This document shows positions 1-12,494 of a stretch of DNA of 50,130 nucleotides, in pieces (the first letter of the stretch is position 1; every line of letters begins with the position of its first letter). The notes below the pieces were generated by a model that worked only from the letters and a program-made list of their open reading frames with translations, was not told the origin of the DNA and did no database searches. This stretch comes from Alloascoidea hylecoeti (Eukaryota), in NCBI GenBank assembly GCA_001600815.1, contig BCKZ01000014.1, positions 620,001 through 670,130 on the forward strand. Direction: 5' to 3'. A program made the position numbers and the translations under genes.

Positions 1-1254
1 AGAAGGTGAAGCATGAAACGTGAAAATTGAGGAAGGTTCTGTTTCAGTTGTGGTACTTTGTGAAATAGAATTATCATGGGTAGTAAAGCTAGTAGCGTGC
101 AATTCGAATGATTCGGTGTAACTAGAAGCATTATCAGTTTCAGAAGCCGAGCTTTGAATAACGATAGTATCTTTAGATATTGATACAGTACTAAATTTTA
201 GAGACTTGTCAGTCTCAAGGTCAATTATTGTAGAAACTTTTTCTTTCTTTGATGGCGACTCCACACCAGTAGTATTTGAAGAGTCGAGTGTCGTTACCAA
301 TTTGATATCACTATGGTTATATGTATTCAATGGACCTGCCGTTGGAGTTGTTGGAATTGTTGCGATTGTTCCGATTGCACTTTCTAAAGATGTTAAAGAT
401 GTAGACCTGTAACCAGCAAATAGATAAAATTTATATTAGAAACTTATAACCCAATTGCAAGAAAATCGATGATAAACAACAAAATATATCATCATAAAAT
501 AATGTATGTTAACTTACAGTAAAGAATTAGAAGTAGTATCTTTTTTAGTAGGATGATTCACATCAAAGCTTTCAGTAACAGATATAGAAGATTGAACTAT
601 TCCTGTGTTATTATCCAAAACGGTATCATTGTTTTTTATCAACGAATATATTATAGTTTGATAAATTTCGAGGGTTGTAGGCCAAATTACAGATACAAAC
701 AAGTATTTTAGATGCAGGAATAACCAGGTAGCTATTTTATGAATAATAGGCATCACATAGTTGCGAAATTTATCGGCAGTTGTATGATAAATAGGAGTTA
801 TTATTATAGACACTTGTTGATAGAAGCTGTTCAGAAGGTCTTTTGTTTCCCGAAAAAAGTCGTTTATATATGAAATATAGGGATTTAGAGTATCAGTATA
901 TTGTATAAGTTTTGGGCGTATATGAGTATGAAATGGTGCAAATATAAATTTTGACACAAGAGGAGCAACATGACGAACATACAAGGACTGTGTTTTGTGG
1001 TAAACCGGAGTTCCATAAGTGGTTACTTTATCTTTTGACCAATTGTAGCTGGGATCGATTTTAGAGGACAAATGTTTGGTATAAATGGGTTGAATGACAT
1101 TCGTAAAAGAGCGATGAAGCAGTGGACACAAACAGGGCGCGTTGTCTTGTAACGGACTGGCAGCATTTAAGGGGCATTTCCAGACAGCCAAAAACAGCAC
1201 ATAAACAACAAAAAACTTGACGATTCTGGATACGTTTAAAGCTGTGATCCTCAT
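1..1254 (-). CDS. She10/Osw7-like membrane-anchored/secreted protein, runs off the left window edge; intron 407..517
   Basis: N-terminal hydrophobic segment followed by WKCP...SP...CLCP resembles the She10/Osw7 family. GTAAGT donor at 517, TTCTAAT branch, CAG acceptor at 407-409. Phase-2 splicing gives a Ser/Thr-rich frame open to position 1. Confidence 0.6.
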
Positions 1255-1447
1255 ACTTTTAATTTGGTGTTTATTTTTCTGTTTAATTTGTGAACATAAT
1301 ATTCAAATCCATCGGTTCATTTTATTATAATAGCAAACAGCGTACCACGTGATGTTATTAAGTTGGCTCTTTCCGTTTTGGGTGACCCTGCCTTCTCCTA
1401 CTATTTTCCTATTTTCCAATTTTATATTCTGATTTGCCTTAAAAATA

Positions 1448-3949
1448 ATGTCCTTTTGGAGATTTAGTACTGCGTTTTCAAAGACAAATGCCATCGATAA
1501 AATTTTGGACGACCCCCATCATCACCTGCCGCAAATCCTGGATGAACCCACTCTCTCCGACGAACTGAAGACTTCAAACTCAAAGCTGATTAGCTATTTA
1601 ACTCAGCCTGATGTCATAATGGATTTGTGTGAGATACTTTTTACAGCTGCCAAGGAGCCATTTACGGAGTTTGTCATTTCCGAAGAAGAAGAAAGCGGTA
1701 TTCCACCTGTAGGTGACAGCGACGAAAATAGTTCTTTTTCTGGCTTTTCGGCTTCTACAACACCAGACTTATCCGAGGACGATTCCCGAGAAGCTGTTAG
1801 TGAAACTTTTAGTGAAATGTCTCCAGAGGCAGTAGAACCTTCGTTTCCCGATTCGGATGCGGATACCCACGATGAAGACCAAAATGACAGCCACAGCTTA
1901 AGTATAGACGAAGACAGTGGAGATGATCAAAATTTGGAATATGACATCATCAAATACTCAAATATAGCTGCTGATATACTTTCAAGTGAAATTTGGTCAA
2001 TCTCCGACTCGTTAACCTCTGACAAACCAGCCATGGACAAATTATGGTCTATCCTTAAATATGAACATATTCTACAACCAAACATCGCAAAAGGTTTTGC
2101 TGCTATCTTAGAAACTTTACTGGTAACAAGGACCCACGATCTTTTGGACTACATAAACCATCTTCCTACTTTGGTCGATGATTTCCTCCGTCATATAGAT
2201 AGTTCGGCATTAATGGATTTCCTACTGAAATTAATAAGTTCTGATAAACCCGACAATCCCATAGGAATTACAGAAACATTAAACGAACAGAAACTAATTG
2301 AAAATTTATTGGATTTTTTCAAGCCTGAAGTCTCTCAAGATATTCAAACTTGTGCTAGTGATTTCATAAAAGCAATTGTTACCGTTTCAGCTAATTCAGT
2401 TCCAGACGTAAATATAATTGGTCCTAATATGTTAACACATACTTTAGTTAGTGAAGTATGTGCAACTAAACTTGCTAAATATATGTTATATGGTGGAGCA
2501 AGTTTATCATCTGGTGTGGGTATAATAATTGACATAATTAGGAAAAATAATAGCGATTTTGATTATTTTTCAATAGCTGAAGTTACTATTGAATCCCATC
2601 CACCAAATCCTCATGATCCTTTATTCCTCGGTCATTTATTAAAAGTAATAACAATCAATTTACCTGATTTTTATAAACTTTTAATCATACCACGACATAA
2701 AAAAATTAATACACCATTTGGTGAAATTGAACCTTTAGGTTTTGAAAGATTTAAAATTTGTGAATTAACTGCTGAATTATTACATTGTAGTAATATGATT
2801 TTATTAAACGAACCACATGTTGAAGAAATCGCCAACCTTAGAGAAGAGGTACGAAAAATTGAGGTTCAACGTTCAAGAGCTCAAAATGAATCCGACACCC
2901 ATCCTTGGGATATGAACAATAGCAATTATCATAATAATTATACCACCGATAACAGACGTTATGTAGAATCACTCGAACTTCAACAATTAAAACTTCATGG
3001 AGAAGATAAAGATGATTTCACTTTTATCTCAAAAATAGATCCTGACAACAATAATAATACAAGTCCAACTGATTTTAATGACGAATTATCCCCACACTCA
3101 ACAAATATTATTGAAGATTCAAATTTAAATCACAAAGATTCAATTTTATCTGTTCCAAATAGTGATGAAGATGATGAATCTGCAATATCTGGTCAGGAAC
3201 AAGCAAAATTACTTAGACAAGATCCTACAATTGGTGATTCCTATAAAATTGCACTTACTGATTTAAATATGATTCCAACAATATTAGATTTTTTCTTTTT
3301 ATTCCCATTTAATAATTTTATTCATAATGTTGTATTTGATATCATACAACAGATTATTAATGCAAGGTTTGATATCGGTGGTTATAATAAATTCCTTGCT
3401 ATTGATCTTTTCACTGTTTCACACATTACAACAAGAATTGTAAACGGGTATAAAGCATACAAAAGTCATGAAGAAGAAACTTCAATGAGGTATGGGTATT
3501 TGGGGCATCTTACTCTCATTGCAGAAGAAGTTATGAAATTTGAATCAATGTTTGAAATGGACTCTATCTCACCATTAATAAAAGATTATCTTAATAGTGA
3601 TGAATGGCTAGATTATGTTGATAATGTATTAATGGAAACAAGAAATAAAAATAATGCCGTATTAGGGGGAATACCACCTGAAAAATGTGAGCCATATAGA
3701 AACCCAGATGCTATCATACTTGGGAATGGTGAACCAGAGGATGAAATAGATCCTTACAGAGAAGACAATCCGATTCCAATGGAAAAAGATTTAACCTCTA
3801 ATAATATCAATCCTGATCTTCAAAATAATAACGTTGATTTAAACCTTGAAGGGGAAATTGAAGATTTTGCTAATGAAAATGATAGTAAAATGGACTATCA
3901 TGACATTGGTGTTCTATCAGATCATGATATTGATATTACCACTAAATAA
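1448..3949 (+). CDS. Sit4/PP6-associated protein (SAPS domain; SAP155/185/190 family)
   Basis: 833-aa ORF with MSFWRF N-terminus, IIRKNNSD, IEPLGFERFKICEL.AELLHCSNM, FPFNNFIHNVVFDIIQQI and RYGYLGHLTLIAEEV motifs. Confidence 0.93.
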   Translation: MSFWRFSTAFSKTNAIDKILDDPHHHLPQILDEPTLSDELKTSNSKLISYLTQPDVIMDLCEILFTAAKEPFTEFVISEEEESGIPPVGDSDENSSFSGFSASTTPDLSEDDSREAVSETFSEMSPEAVEPSFPDSDADTHDEDQNDSHSLSIDEDSGDDQNLEYDIIKYSNIAADILSSEIWSISDSLTSDKPAMDKLWSILKYEHILQPNIAKGFAAILETLLVTRTHDLLDYINHLPTLVDDFLRHIDSSALMDFLLKLISSDKPDNPIGITETLNEQKLIENLLDFFKPEVSQDIQTCASDFIKAIVTVSANSVPDVNIIGPNMLTHTLVSEVCATKLAKYMLYGGASLSSGVGIIIDIIRKNNSDFDYFSIAEVTIESHPPNPHDPLFLGHLLKVITINLPDFYKLLIIPRHKKINTPFGEIEPLGFERFKICELTAELLHCSNMILLNEPHVEEIANLREEVRKIEVQRSRAQNESDTHPWDMNNSNYHNNYTTDNRRYVESLELQQLKLHGEDKDDFTFISKIDPDNNNNTSPTDFNDELSPHSTNIIEDSNLNHKDSILSVPNSDEDDESAISGQEQAKLLRQDPTIGDSYKIALTDLNMIPTILDFFFLFPFNNFIHNVVFDIIQQIINARFDIGGYNKFLAIDLFTVSHITTRIVNGYKAYKSHEEETSMRYGYLGHLTLIAEEVMKFESMFEMDSISPLIKDYLNSDEWLDYVDNVLMETRNKNNAVLGGIPPEKCEPYRNPDAIILGNGEPEDEIDPYREDNPIPMEKDLTSNNINPDLQNNNVDLNLEGEIEDFANENDSKMDYHDIGVLSDHDIDITTK

Positions 3950-4226
3950 TACTAACTGTACTAATTTTCACAACAGGAGGTATTATTTATTTAGAATATG
4001 ATTTTGATTTTGATTCTAATTTTGAATTTTATGTTGATTTGCTGATCTCATATAGAACTTACTGGATTACTTTTATTTAAACTGTATATTATTTTCTTTA
4101 ACGACTATACTAAAATCATCCATGTTATGTTATGTTACGTTTATGCTATATGGTATGTAATAAAATAAATGATATCATATCATCTAATATTTAATTATAA
4201 AATTTGAGTGTTCATATATGATTTAA

Positions 4227-6914
4227 TCAATCAATAGTATTTGAAATTGCCTCCAAATTAAAGCTTTCCACCAATCTCTTTTCATCAGTAACTCTCTTAA
4301 ATAATCTTGAGAAATACTTATAAGAATCATCAGTTTCCTTGGCCAATTTAGTTAATTTTTCCTTCTTAACCTTTTGATCTTCAATTCTCATTTCAACTAA
4401 ATGACTAACTTCTCTTATTGGGACATTTAAAATCTTTCTACACTCTTTGGATAATCGTTCTGAATTTTTATGAACATAATCTATTGAATCTGCTTGAGCT
4501 TTTATTTTCCTTGCAAGATTATGAGGAACCGCCCGTTTGATATCTCTTAATATAAGGCCGATTGTAGTGACAGTGACAAACAAAGTCAATGGTAAGGCCA
4601 CTTTTTTAATCATACCACCAGATAAGAATGGAGCCACCTGATAAACAAAATTTAAAGCAGGTGCAGTTTGTAATAATTGACCTCCACCAATTACACTTAA
4701 TAATGTTATTGATGACATTATTGTAGTGCTGTTATTATCATTATCTTTTCTTTTGGATATGCCAGTTAATCCTGGAATAAAAGTTTCTAATGAAATATCA
4801 AAAAAATCTGAAAATTCAACGTCACATTGAATATTTCGTAGTTTTAAGTCTCTAGATCTTTTAAACATTAAATCTCCTCTAAACTCCCGGTCCATAAATA
4901 CCCCACTATTATTTTCCCCACTACCATTCTTCAAGAATTTATTCCCCACTTTCTTGATTTCCTCAACTCCCTGGGCTGTTTTATTACGTGTGAAATCCTC
5001 ACTAGATGAAACTACATTTGTTATAGACTCAATTATGGCAGTCTGTGTCTCATTAGCATAGTTGTAAGCATCAAAAACTCCATAATAATGTGATAGTGGT
5101 TTCTTACCGATTTGTTCAATAACTTCTGTGATATCATTTTTTGTGGTATTATAAATGTTAGAACATGTACTACTTACAAGTTCGTCCATATGATCTTGTA
5201 CTTTTTGTGATTGAGAAATTGAATAATCATATTCAGGTATAATTTGATTTAACTGAGATAATGTTTTTTCACGTTCTTGACCCGTAATATTCTTATTAAT
5301 ATCAGCCAGAACTACCAGATCATTAATCACATTTAGTAGGTATGTTTTTGCTGGCGCTAATTTTGAAATTGCACGTTTTTCCAACACAAAATTTCGTAAG
5401 TTTGCCTCTAACCTATCAAAATTCGGATCCGAACTTGGACCTCCATTATCATCATTATCTGGATCATTACCACCACCATCACCGCCGCCAGGGTTCTTAC
5501 TTGTCCCTTCTAAAGTGTCTGCAGAAGATACAAAATGAACGAATTCAGATGCATCTTTATGAGTTTCTGGAGCCAATCTCGAAACTTGATCCATAATTTG
5601 TCTTCTACATCTAGCTTGATCTCTGATATTGTCAAATTTATTAACAACGATGAAAATCAATGATTTTTCGGCAGCTGCAGCAGCAATAAATTCTTTTGCA
5701 GATAATGTGAAATGATTCTCAGCACTAACAACAAATACTACCAAATCAATCTCCTCTTGTCGTGAAAATACTTGGGTTGTCTGATAAGAGTCCAAATTAA
5801 GACCAGGAGCATCAATTAATGCAATATCAACTACACCATTTCGTAATAGACTTTGTTGAATGGGTCTATGATCATCGACATAAACCTTCAGAATCGAGTA
5901 TTTGTCAGATTCGAGTACTAAATCTTCTAAATCATCCAAGGGAAATACGTCGTATGTTGATTCATCTAAGATATCATAGGTTACACCAATTTCAACACTA
6001 TGAACCTCCTCGATTCCTTTATTTTCTCTAGAGTCGATAACTTCACAGAATACGCTTGTACAAGGTTGTTGATCTTCAGGTAAGATTTTTCTTCTTAGTA
6101 ACGCATTACAGAAAGTTGATTTTCCAGCATTTAAATCACCAGTAACGAAGACTTTTGAAGAAGTGTCATCTATCCTATCACGCAATAACAATAAATGACG
6201 CATTGACTGAACAATCTTTTCTTCTAGTAAAGAGGCAACTGAAGCTTTTTCTAAAGCATCTATAACATTAGCACTACCGTTTCCCAATTTTAGATCTAAT
6301 TTGAGAATATTAAAATTTCTTTGAACTTGAGGAGTGACCAAACGGGGCAAAGAAGTGTCAAGTCCATTAATATCATCTAGAGATCTATCAGAATTGGAAG
6401 TAATGCTCCTTTCCAAGGAACGAGCAGAAATAACGCTCGATCTTTTTTTCGCTATTCTTGAGTTGAGACTATTAAGGAGGTCATCATCATCATCCTGATC
6501 AATGGTAGTATTGGTAGGGAAACAAATAGGTTTCGCTTTGTTCTCATCCTGGAGCTCTGTTAATATTTGTAAAACAGTCGAAATGGCTCTATCCAACGCT
6601 ACTCTAGTGTCATTATAGTGGAGTTGTTGTATTTGAGACCTAAGTCTTTTTGAAGAGGCAGCTTCGGATTCCGTAATACTTCCTGATCTCCCTCCAGAAA
6701 CATAAATTACAGACCCACCATAGCCAGAGTCTTTCACACTCTCGTCTGTATCATCATCATAACCCTCAAATAGATTGACTGCTTTTCCTTTTCCCTTGCC
6801 TTTTGAAGAGTTCGGCATGTTGGAGTTGTCTAGTGGGAGGTTTTGATTTTGCAATGATGGTATGGTACGCACATGCGTATATTTCAGACTGGTGTGTCTC
6901 CTGATCATGACCAT
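4227..6914 (-). CDS. FZO1: Mitofusin, dynamin-related GTPase for mitochondrial fusion (start may be the ATG at 6818)
   Basis: P-loop TGDLNAGKSTFCNALL, LPEDQQPCTSVFCEV, DIALIDAPGLN, VVNKFD, LEKRAISKLAPAKTYL and C-terminal hydrophobic segments. Confidence 0.95.
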   Translation of the reverse strand: MVMIRRHTSLKYTHVRTIPSLQNQNLPLDNSNMPNSSKGKGKGKAVNLFEGYDDDTDESVKDSGYGGSVIYVSGGRSGSITESEAASSKRLRSQIQQLHYNDTRVALDRAISTVLQILTELQDENKAKPICFPTNTTIDQDDDDDLLNSLNSRIAKKRSSVISARSLERSITSNSDRSLDDINGLDTSLPRLVTPQVQRNFNILKLDLKLGNGSANVIDALEKASVASLLEEKIVQSMRHLLLLRDRIDDTSSKVFVTGDLNAGKSTFCNALLRRKILPEDQQPCTSVFCEVIDSRENKGIEEVHSVEIGVTYDILDESTYDVFPLDDLEDLVLESDKYSILKVYVDDHRPIQQSLLRNGVVDIALIDAPGLNLDSYQTTQVFSRQEEIDLVVFVVSAENHFTLSAKEFIAAAAAEKSLIFIVVNKFDNIRDQARCRRQIMDQVSRLAPETHKDASEFVHFVSSADTLEGTSKNPGGGDGGGNDPDNDDNGGPSSDPNFDRLEANLRNFVLEKRAISKLAPAKTYLLNVINDLVVLADINKNITGQEREKTLSQLNQIIPEYDYSISQSQKVQDHMDELVSSTCSNIYNTTKNDITEVIEQIGKKPLSHYYGVFDAYNYANETQTAIIESITNVVSSSEDFTRNKTAQGVEEIKKVGNKFLKNGSGENNSGVFMDREFRGDLMFKRSRDLKLRNIQCDVEFSDFFDISLETFIPGLTGISKRKDNDNNSTTIMSSITLLSVIGGGQLLQTAPALNFVYQVAPFLSGGMIKKVALPLTLFVTVTTIGLILRDIKRAVPHNLARKIKAQADSIDYVHKNSERLSKECRKILNVPIREVSHLVEMRIEDQKVKKEKLTKLAKETDDSYKYFSRLFKRVTDEKRLVESFNLEAISNTID

Positions 6915-9337
6915 TTTAAATTAAAGCTGTTAAATTTCTGTTACTACGACTGTAGGTTATAATTGCCATTGAATGAAGCTGTATTTTCTTGAGGTTTTAA
7001 TCCAATTTGGGTCTCATATTTGCAACGTTTAGCATTAACAAGTCTGGAGGTTGAATAACATTATTAATAGTTATATATAATACCTATTATAAATATCTAA
7101 TACTATCACTCACGAAACAGTTACCATGCTCATATTCATGATGAAAGGTAGCTGAAGCCGTTACCAAACATCAATATCTTTATATGACATAGAATACTCT
7201 AGTTCAACCGAACTATAACCTATATATAAAAAAGGAAAAACAATATTAATTATATTTTTATATGATGATTTGTTTTGATCTTATCTTTGTTTATCTTATT
7301 TTAAAAATTCAAAAATTAAACTTTTAAAAGTATATATACGCCATTGCAATATCAATTGTAACTATATATAGCTAATATTTAACAGCCAGAGAGTTATAAA
7401 TCAATATACTATCCTTTATAATTATTATCACAAATTTAAAGCAGATATGGCAAATATCATATGCATTGCTAGTGAATAAATTTAAATAAGCTTAAGTGAC
7501 ATTAAAGCAACTAAGTTTAAGATATAATTATAAGAATTTAAACCACGTATGATCTTAAGTTAAGCCGATTTATCTTAAACAACAAACAATTCTACATATA
7601 ACTAGTTTCATCTCTTTCTCTTTTTGATAAAACTCTCACATGTATACGTATAGTTATAAAATTATTGTTACACTTATAATTATATAATAACATATATATT
7701 CCAAACTTTCATAATAAAATAAGCAGATTAGAATCAGTAACCGAAATTAAGAGCAAATTTCTGAGATTAAATCGGCAGGCTTTGAGCCAAAAAGTTGAAC
7801 AAATTATAAATCTCTATATATTATAATTGGAATTCTCTTTTGACAATAATTAACCTTATCTAAACGAATATTATCTTAGAGGGAAGATCATTATACCTAT
7901 TTAGTGGTTAATCAAGTTAGTGTTATCCTTGAATGGCATTAATATTATATTTATACTATAGTATAATTGACTTTATGGCTGTTACTTGAAATGGCTGCTT
8001 ATAGATATATTCTAGATCTAAACTTCCTCAATGCATATATGCATTAATATATGCTTCAGTTGAATTTATAATCAACTTGATTGCTATATCCTTGTATCAG
8101 TTTGATTTTGTTGATTTATATGAAAATAAGGCTTATAATAGAATCAATAACCAAAAATACATGAGTATAAACTGGCTAATTTATACAAGCTATATTCTCA
8201 CTATGACTACTAATTTTTCATACCCTCTTCAAATTAGTAGGATTAGTGGTATAAATAAAGTTTTAGTGATCTAGGTCATCTACCATTACCTGGCTAAATG
8301 TCGTTTTATATTTCAAGAGTCTATTTTCTTGTTTGATTATACCATCACCATATAATTATAACACAAGCATTTATATTACTATCAGTTTTTCATAGTATAA
8401 ATATATTATTATGAATGTATACAATCAATATATTGCAATTATATTACATCGCTGATTAAAAACTAATCCAACTATAGCCATATAGCAATATTGAAAAAGA
8501 AAAGAAGTAATTAAATATTTGGAATTACTTATATATCAGAATATTTTCATGAAAAATCTAATCTAGCATGACTTTATATAACAGTATTAGCATTATTGAA
8601 GATCAATTAAGGGTAGTAATGCCATTTGAATAAAACCACCGTGATCAGCTTTTATTTAACTCCATTTATAATTAGTAATATTTTTCACAGTTCAGAGTTC
8701 AACGCAATAAAATTCAAGCAGTTGCAGTTATTAAAAGTTAAGTTTGCTCAACATATTTCTTAAATATCAACATTTTTCTAGATAAGAACTAGTATTTGTT
8801 ATAACCTTATATTATATTAATGATTGTGATGAACAATTGTACTTCTTATTTAAAAAGAACACATGTTCAGAAGCTAGTATTATCATCACTAGCAATCAGA
8901 ATAAAACTCAATCAATTGCAGTGCCTATCACGATATCTATAATTCACTACTTTAATATCCCATGGTTAAGTTAAGAGTTATATCTACCAAAAGGTATTGT
9001 TCCTTTTTTTTGTGGACCCTGCATTACGCATACATATATCACCGCGCTTCTACATAGGGGGAGGGGTGCAAAATAAAAATGGCACCATCGGGTTAGAAAA
9101 TTTAATAAAAAATAAAAAATAAAAGAAATACAGTTTCAATTACATTCCAGAATATTATAATAAAATAAACCCCATGGGGATACATTACGTTATAATTATA
9201 CTTACAAAAATTGATACACTTCATGATCAGCATCAGATATATTTAAAGGAATACATAATGGTAATACACAAGGATAAAATAGATGTGGAAAATATGCATA
9301 AGACAATTGATAAATCCTAAGCTTCTTACTTAAATAT

Positions 9338-10915
9338 TTATGGAGTGGTTGTTTGGGGTAATGGCCTATAATACGATGGAGCATAGGCGTTAATTATACT
9401 GCCTTGACCTTGAAAAAAACAGTAACTATCAACAATTGTTTTATAATCAAGTGGTAATTTAGAATTAAAACCTGATGATGTATCATTAATAAAACTTATG
9501 TTTTGATTTTGTTGTTCATTTGCTTTTGTGTCTTGAATCGGCAGTGATTTAGGAGAAACAGGAGGTGATTGTATATGTACTATGGTTGTTGTCTCCGTTG
9601 TCGTTGAAGATTTTGAACCATTAATAGCTAAACTTTTAGGATGATTAGGGGATCCATCGGCAGATTTAAAAGGGTCGTATGATTGAAACCTAGACTTTTC
9701 ATCTGCAAACTCTTGCGTCTTTTTAAGATTTTCAAATTGAATTGGTTTTGATAATGTGAGCTCCTTAACTTTAATTTGTTGCTGTGTGTGTGTTGGTCGT
9801 GCACCTTGTGATCCAATTATTGAAAAATAATCATTAACATCGTAGCCATAATCACCGCCCAAATTATTATTACTATTGATCTGGTGTTTTCTATTGACGA
9901 CATCTGTATCTGAATTTCTCCTGAAAACTTTTGAATGGTTTGACTCCTTATTTGTATTTGTATTTGTATTTGATTTTTGGGATTGTTTGTTTACTTTCAA
10001 TTTCTTAAAAATAATCTCATAATTTAAATTTTGATTATTATCCCAATATTCGTTACCATTTGAAATATATCTAACACACAAAAATAAAGATTTTGTTCTT
10101 AATGTTTGCTGAGGTATAGTATTCAATTTTAAATTAAAAGTAAATCGATCATATCCTTTAATACGTAATGAACGTGGTATATCATCATTATAATCACAGA
10201 CGAGTTCAGAAATAGTTTTCCAATAATCAGTTGTATATTTAATAGATACATGTTTATTGTAAGATAAATTTTTAACTGCTATATGACCAACTATTTCAGT
10301 TTTATTGATAGAGGATGAGCCGGGATTTGATAAGAATATTTTTTGTAAGAAAACAGGAGAATCATCTCTTGTTAGAGAAGAATTGCGAGGGAAGTTCGGT
10401 AACTCAATTTGCCATTCACTTTTCTTTTTGTTTTGATTTAAAATGTGATGGTGAGAGAGATAAGTGAAATCATGATCATCCGAGCCCGAGTTTAAATCGA
10501 GGTCAATATCTGAATCCAAATCCAAATCGGTGACCCAATTCTGGTTCTTTTTTGAACAATTGTTCACAGCAGCAGGCTTTTCATAACCTTTGAAGTGTCT
10601 AATGTCACACAAATGGGAATCGAAGTGGACTGACTTTGAATAAGATGGAGTGGCTGGGAGAGAGCGGGGACGGGATAGGGAAGATTTCACAGGTTCTCCG
10701 GATTTTTTACGGACCAGACGGGATCTCGGATAGTCACAATCTATGGGCGAGGTGAGAGTGGGCGATAAGTCCAGAGCGGTTGTAGGACGGGAAGGGCCAG
10801 TGGCAGCTGACCATAGGGTGAACAGGGAGGTTGGGCCCAGCGAGTTTGTGGCAGTAGGGGGAGCATAAGGCATTGTGGTTGACAATTGACGGTCAGAAAG
10901 GGCTAAGAGGGCCAT
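9338..10915 (-). CDS. Glycogen-targeting PP1 regulatory subunit with CBM21 domain (Gac1/Gip2-like); likely start MPYAPP at 10873
   Basis: RKKSGEPVKSSL, PP1-docking KSVHF, and CBM21 motifs VKNLSYNKHV..KYTTDYWKT and YWDNNQNLNY. Confidence 0.9.
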   Translation of the reverse strand: MALLALSDRQLSTTMPYAPPTATNSLGPTSLFTLWSAATGPSRPTTALDLSPTLTSPIDCDYPRSRLVRKKSGEPVKSSLSRPRSLPATPSYSKSVHFDSHLCDIRHFKGYEKPAAVNNCSKKNQNWVTDLDLDSDIDLDLNSGSDDHDFTYLSHHHILNQNKKKSEWQIELPNFPRNSSLTRDDSPVFLQKIFLSNPGSSSINKTEIVGHIAVKNLSYNKHVSIKYTTDYWKTISELVCDYNDDIPRSLRIKGYDRFTFNLKLNTIPQQTLRTKSLFLCVRYISNGNEYWDNNQNLNYEIIFKKLKVNKQSQKSNTNTNTNKESNHSKVFRRNSDTDVVNRKHQINSNNNLGGDYGYDVNDYFSIIGSQGARPTHTQQQIKVKELTLSKPIQFENLKKTQEFADEKSRFQSYDPFKSADGSPNHPKSLAINGSKSSTTTETTTIVHIQSPPVSPKSLPIQDTKANEQQNQNISFINDTSSGFNSKLPLDYKTIVDSYCFFQGQGSIINAYAPSYYRPLPQTTTP

Positions 10916-11004
10916 TAATATAGATTGGAGATGAGCGACCCCCTTGTTGCTGATATCTCATTGGGGGAGTTCGTATGCGCATTGCGTTCGAGGGGGTGAC
11001 GCAC

Positions 11005-12304
11005 TTAGATCAAATTGGCTATGACCTGCAGGAGAAACAGCCTGCCGTCAGCAGGAACAAAGCGGACTCCCTTCAGGTTCAGGTCGATGGCGGTTTCCTC
11101 ATCAGCCGACAACATGCAAAACAAAAGAAATGCCGTTATTTGGCACACCAACACTCCACAGTCTGAGCTGTTGTTCTATTTATAATCAATGAATGTTAAT
11201 GAGAGTAGTCTAACTGCCAAATTTAAAAGTAGTAACTTACCTGCTGCGGGCACTCCACATTGATAATTTGAAAACCTTTGCAATTACCTTTGCCATTACC
11301 TTTGCCATTACCTTTGCCATTACCTTTGCTGGTACCTTTGTCGGCTGGCAGCCCCAAAAATTGGCTCAGCTTAACAACAACATTTAAAGCTTCCTCCTCG
11401 TTCCCAGATTCAAGGGTATCATATAGTAGCGCTTTGCGATCCTCCATGCTGATGACAACCAAAGACCAATGTAATCCCCCTTCCGCTACCTCAACATCAT
11501 CATTATCATTTATCGGAAGAAATATAAATTTGGCCTTATTAAGTTTCGGTAATGCCTCTGTTAATGTCCGTGGGTCTAGATTTTACTTGTTAATTTATAT
11601 TTTATAATTATTCTTTCCAAATTTTTTTTATAAAAATTTTCAATGTTTGCATACATACCAGGCGAATGTGCCAATAAATAAACCATTGAAGGCCGTAATA
11701 AAACAATCGGTCCGGGGTAATTTCCATAATTTGTGCGCTCCGATTTGGATAACTGTTTAATTTCCAATAATTCATAGACAAATGATAAATTATTATCATT
11801 TAGCCATTGATCATCTCGAAGATTAAATATATCTTCCTTATATAAACTAGTATCGTGATAGTCTAATATTCTGTCATGATGACTACCATTATTATTACGA
11901 ATAATATAATTGTATAACATCGTTGCTGTTTGTTGTTGTCTATTACTACTATTACAGGTCCTAGCATTTGTTACTGTCTTGTTTTTCTGACGTCTAATCC
12001 TCCTCTCTTGTCTCTTTTGCTTAGATGATACTTGATTTTGTTTCTTCTTACTTTTTGTGAGCTCTTCTTCTCCAACAACTGTCGTCCCATTAACATTAAC
12101 ATTTTCATTTGCCTTTTTTTCATAATTCTCTGAAACAAATTTAAATGAATTATCACCTTCATCATTATTCCAGTTCAAAACATCAAACCCATTGGTGACT
12201 AAATGCCGCCCAGATGAAAATAGATATGGTACGGGTGATGAGAACTTTGAATAATGTTTAGGTACATGATATCCTTTATAATTAGAATATACTGTTGATA
12301 ACAT
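11005..12304 (-). CDS. NEDD8-specific protease (DEN1/SENP8/Nep-like, Ulp1/C48 family); introns 11576..11658 and 11176..11240
   Basis: Spliced product: WLNDNNLSFVYE..LLRPSMVYLL..FLPINDNDDVEVAEGGLHWSL..YDT..CPQQNNSSDCGV, giving a His-Asp-Cys triad. GTATGT..TAG and GTAAGT..TAG introns keep frame; stop at 11005-11007. Start codon uncertain. Confidence 0.9.
11274..11340 (-). repeat. 12-bp coding tandem repeat encoding KGNG in the NEDD8 protease
   Basis: About 4-5 copies of CCATTACCTTTG. Confidence 0.9.
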
Positions 12305-12494
12305 TTCTATATGGTTTTTATTTTTGGTTAGTGGGTTCTTTGGTAAAATGCATATATGGTCACGTGTAACTTAAGATGTACGGAAGTTAAAGATATATTT
12401 TTCAATACCAAGTTAATTCAAACTGTTCCTTCTTTTAATAAATCTTTCAATCAGATTTTCACTTTCATAGTCAACATTTGCATGTTGGGTAATA

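Noticed and set aside
6915..9337. ncRNA (snoRNA, tRNA, RNase MRP RNA) in the long AT-rich gap; C/D-like boxes near 8868-8890 on the minus strand
   Set aside because: The boxes are too close together and I see no guide, cloverleaf or MRP P4 motif by eye. An Infernal search is needed to exclude it properly.
11278..11607. LPLPLP ORF on the plus strand
   Set aside because: Antisense of the KGNG repeat in the NEDD8 protease exon.
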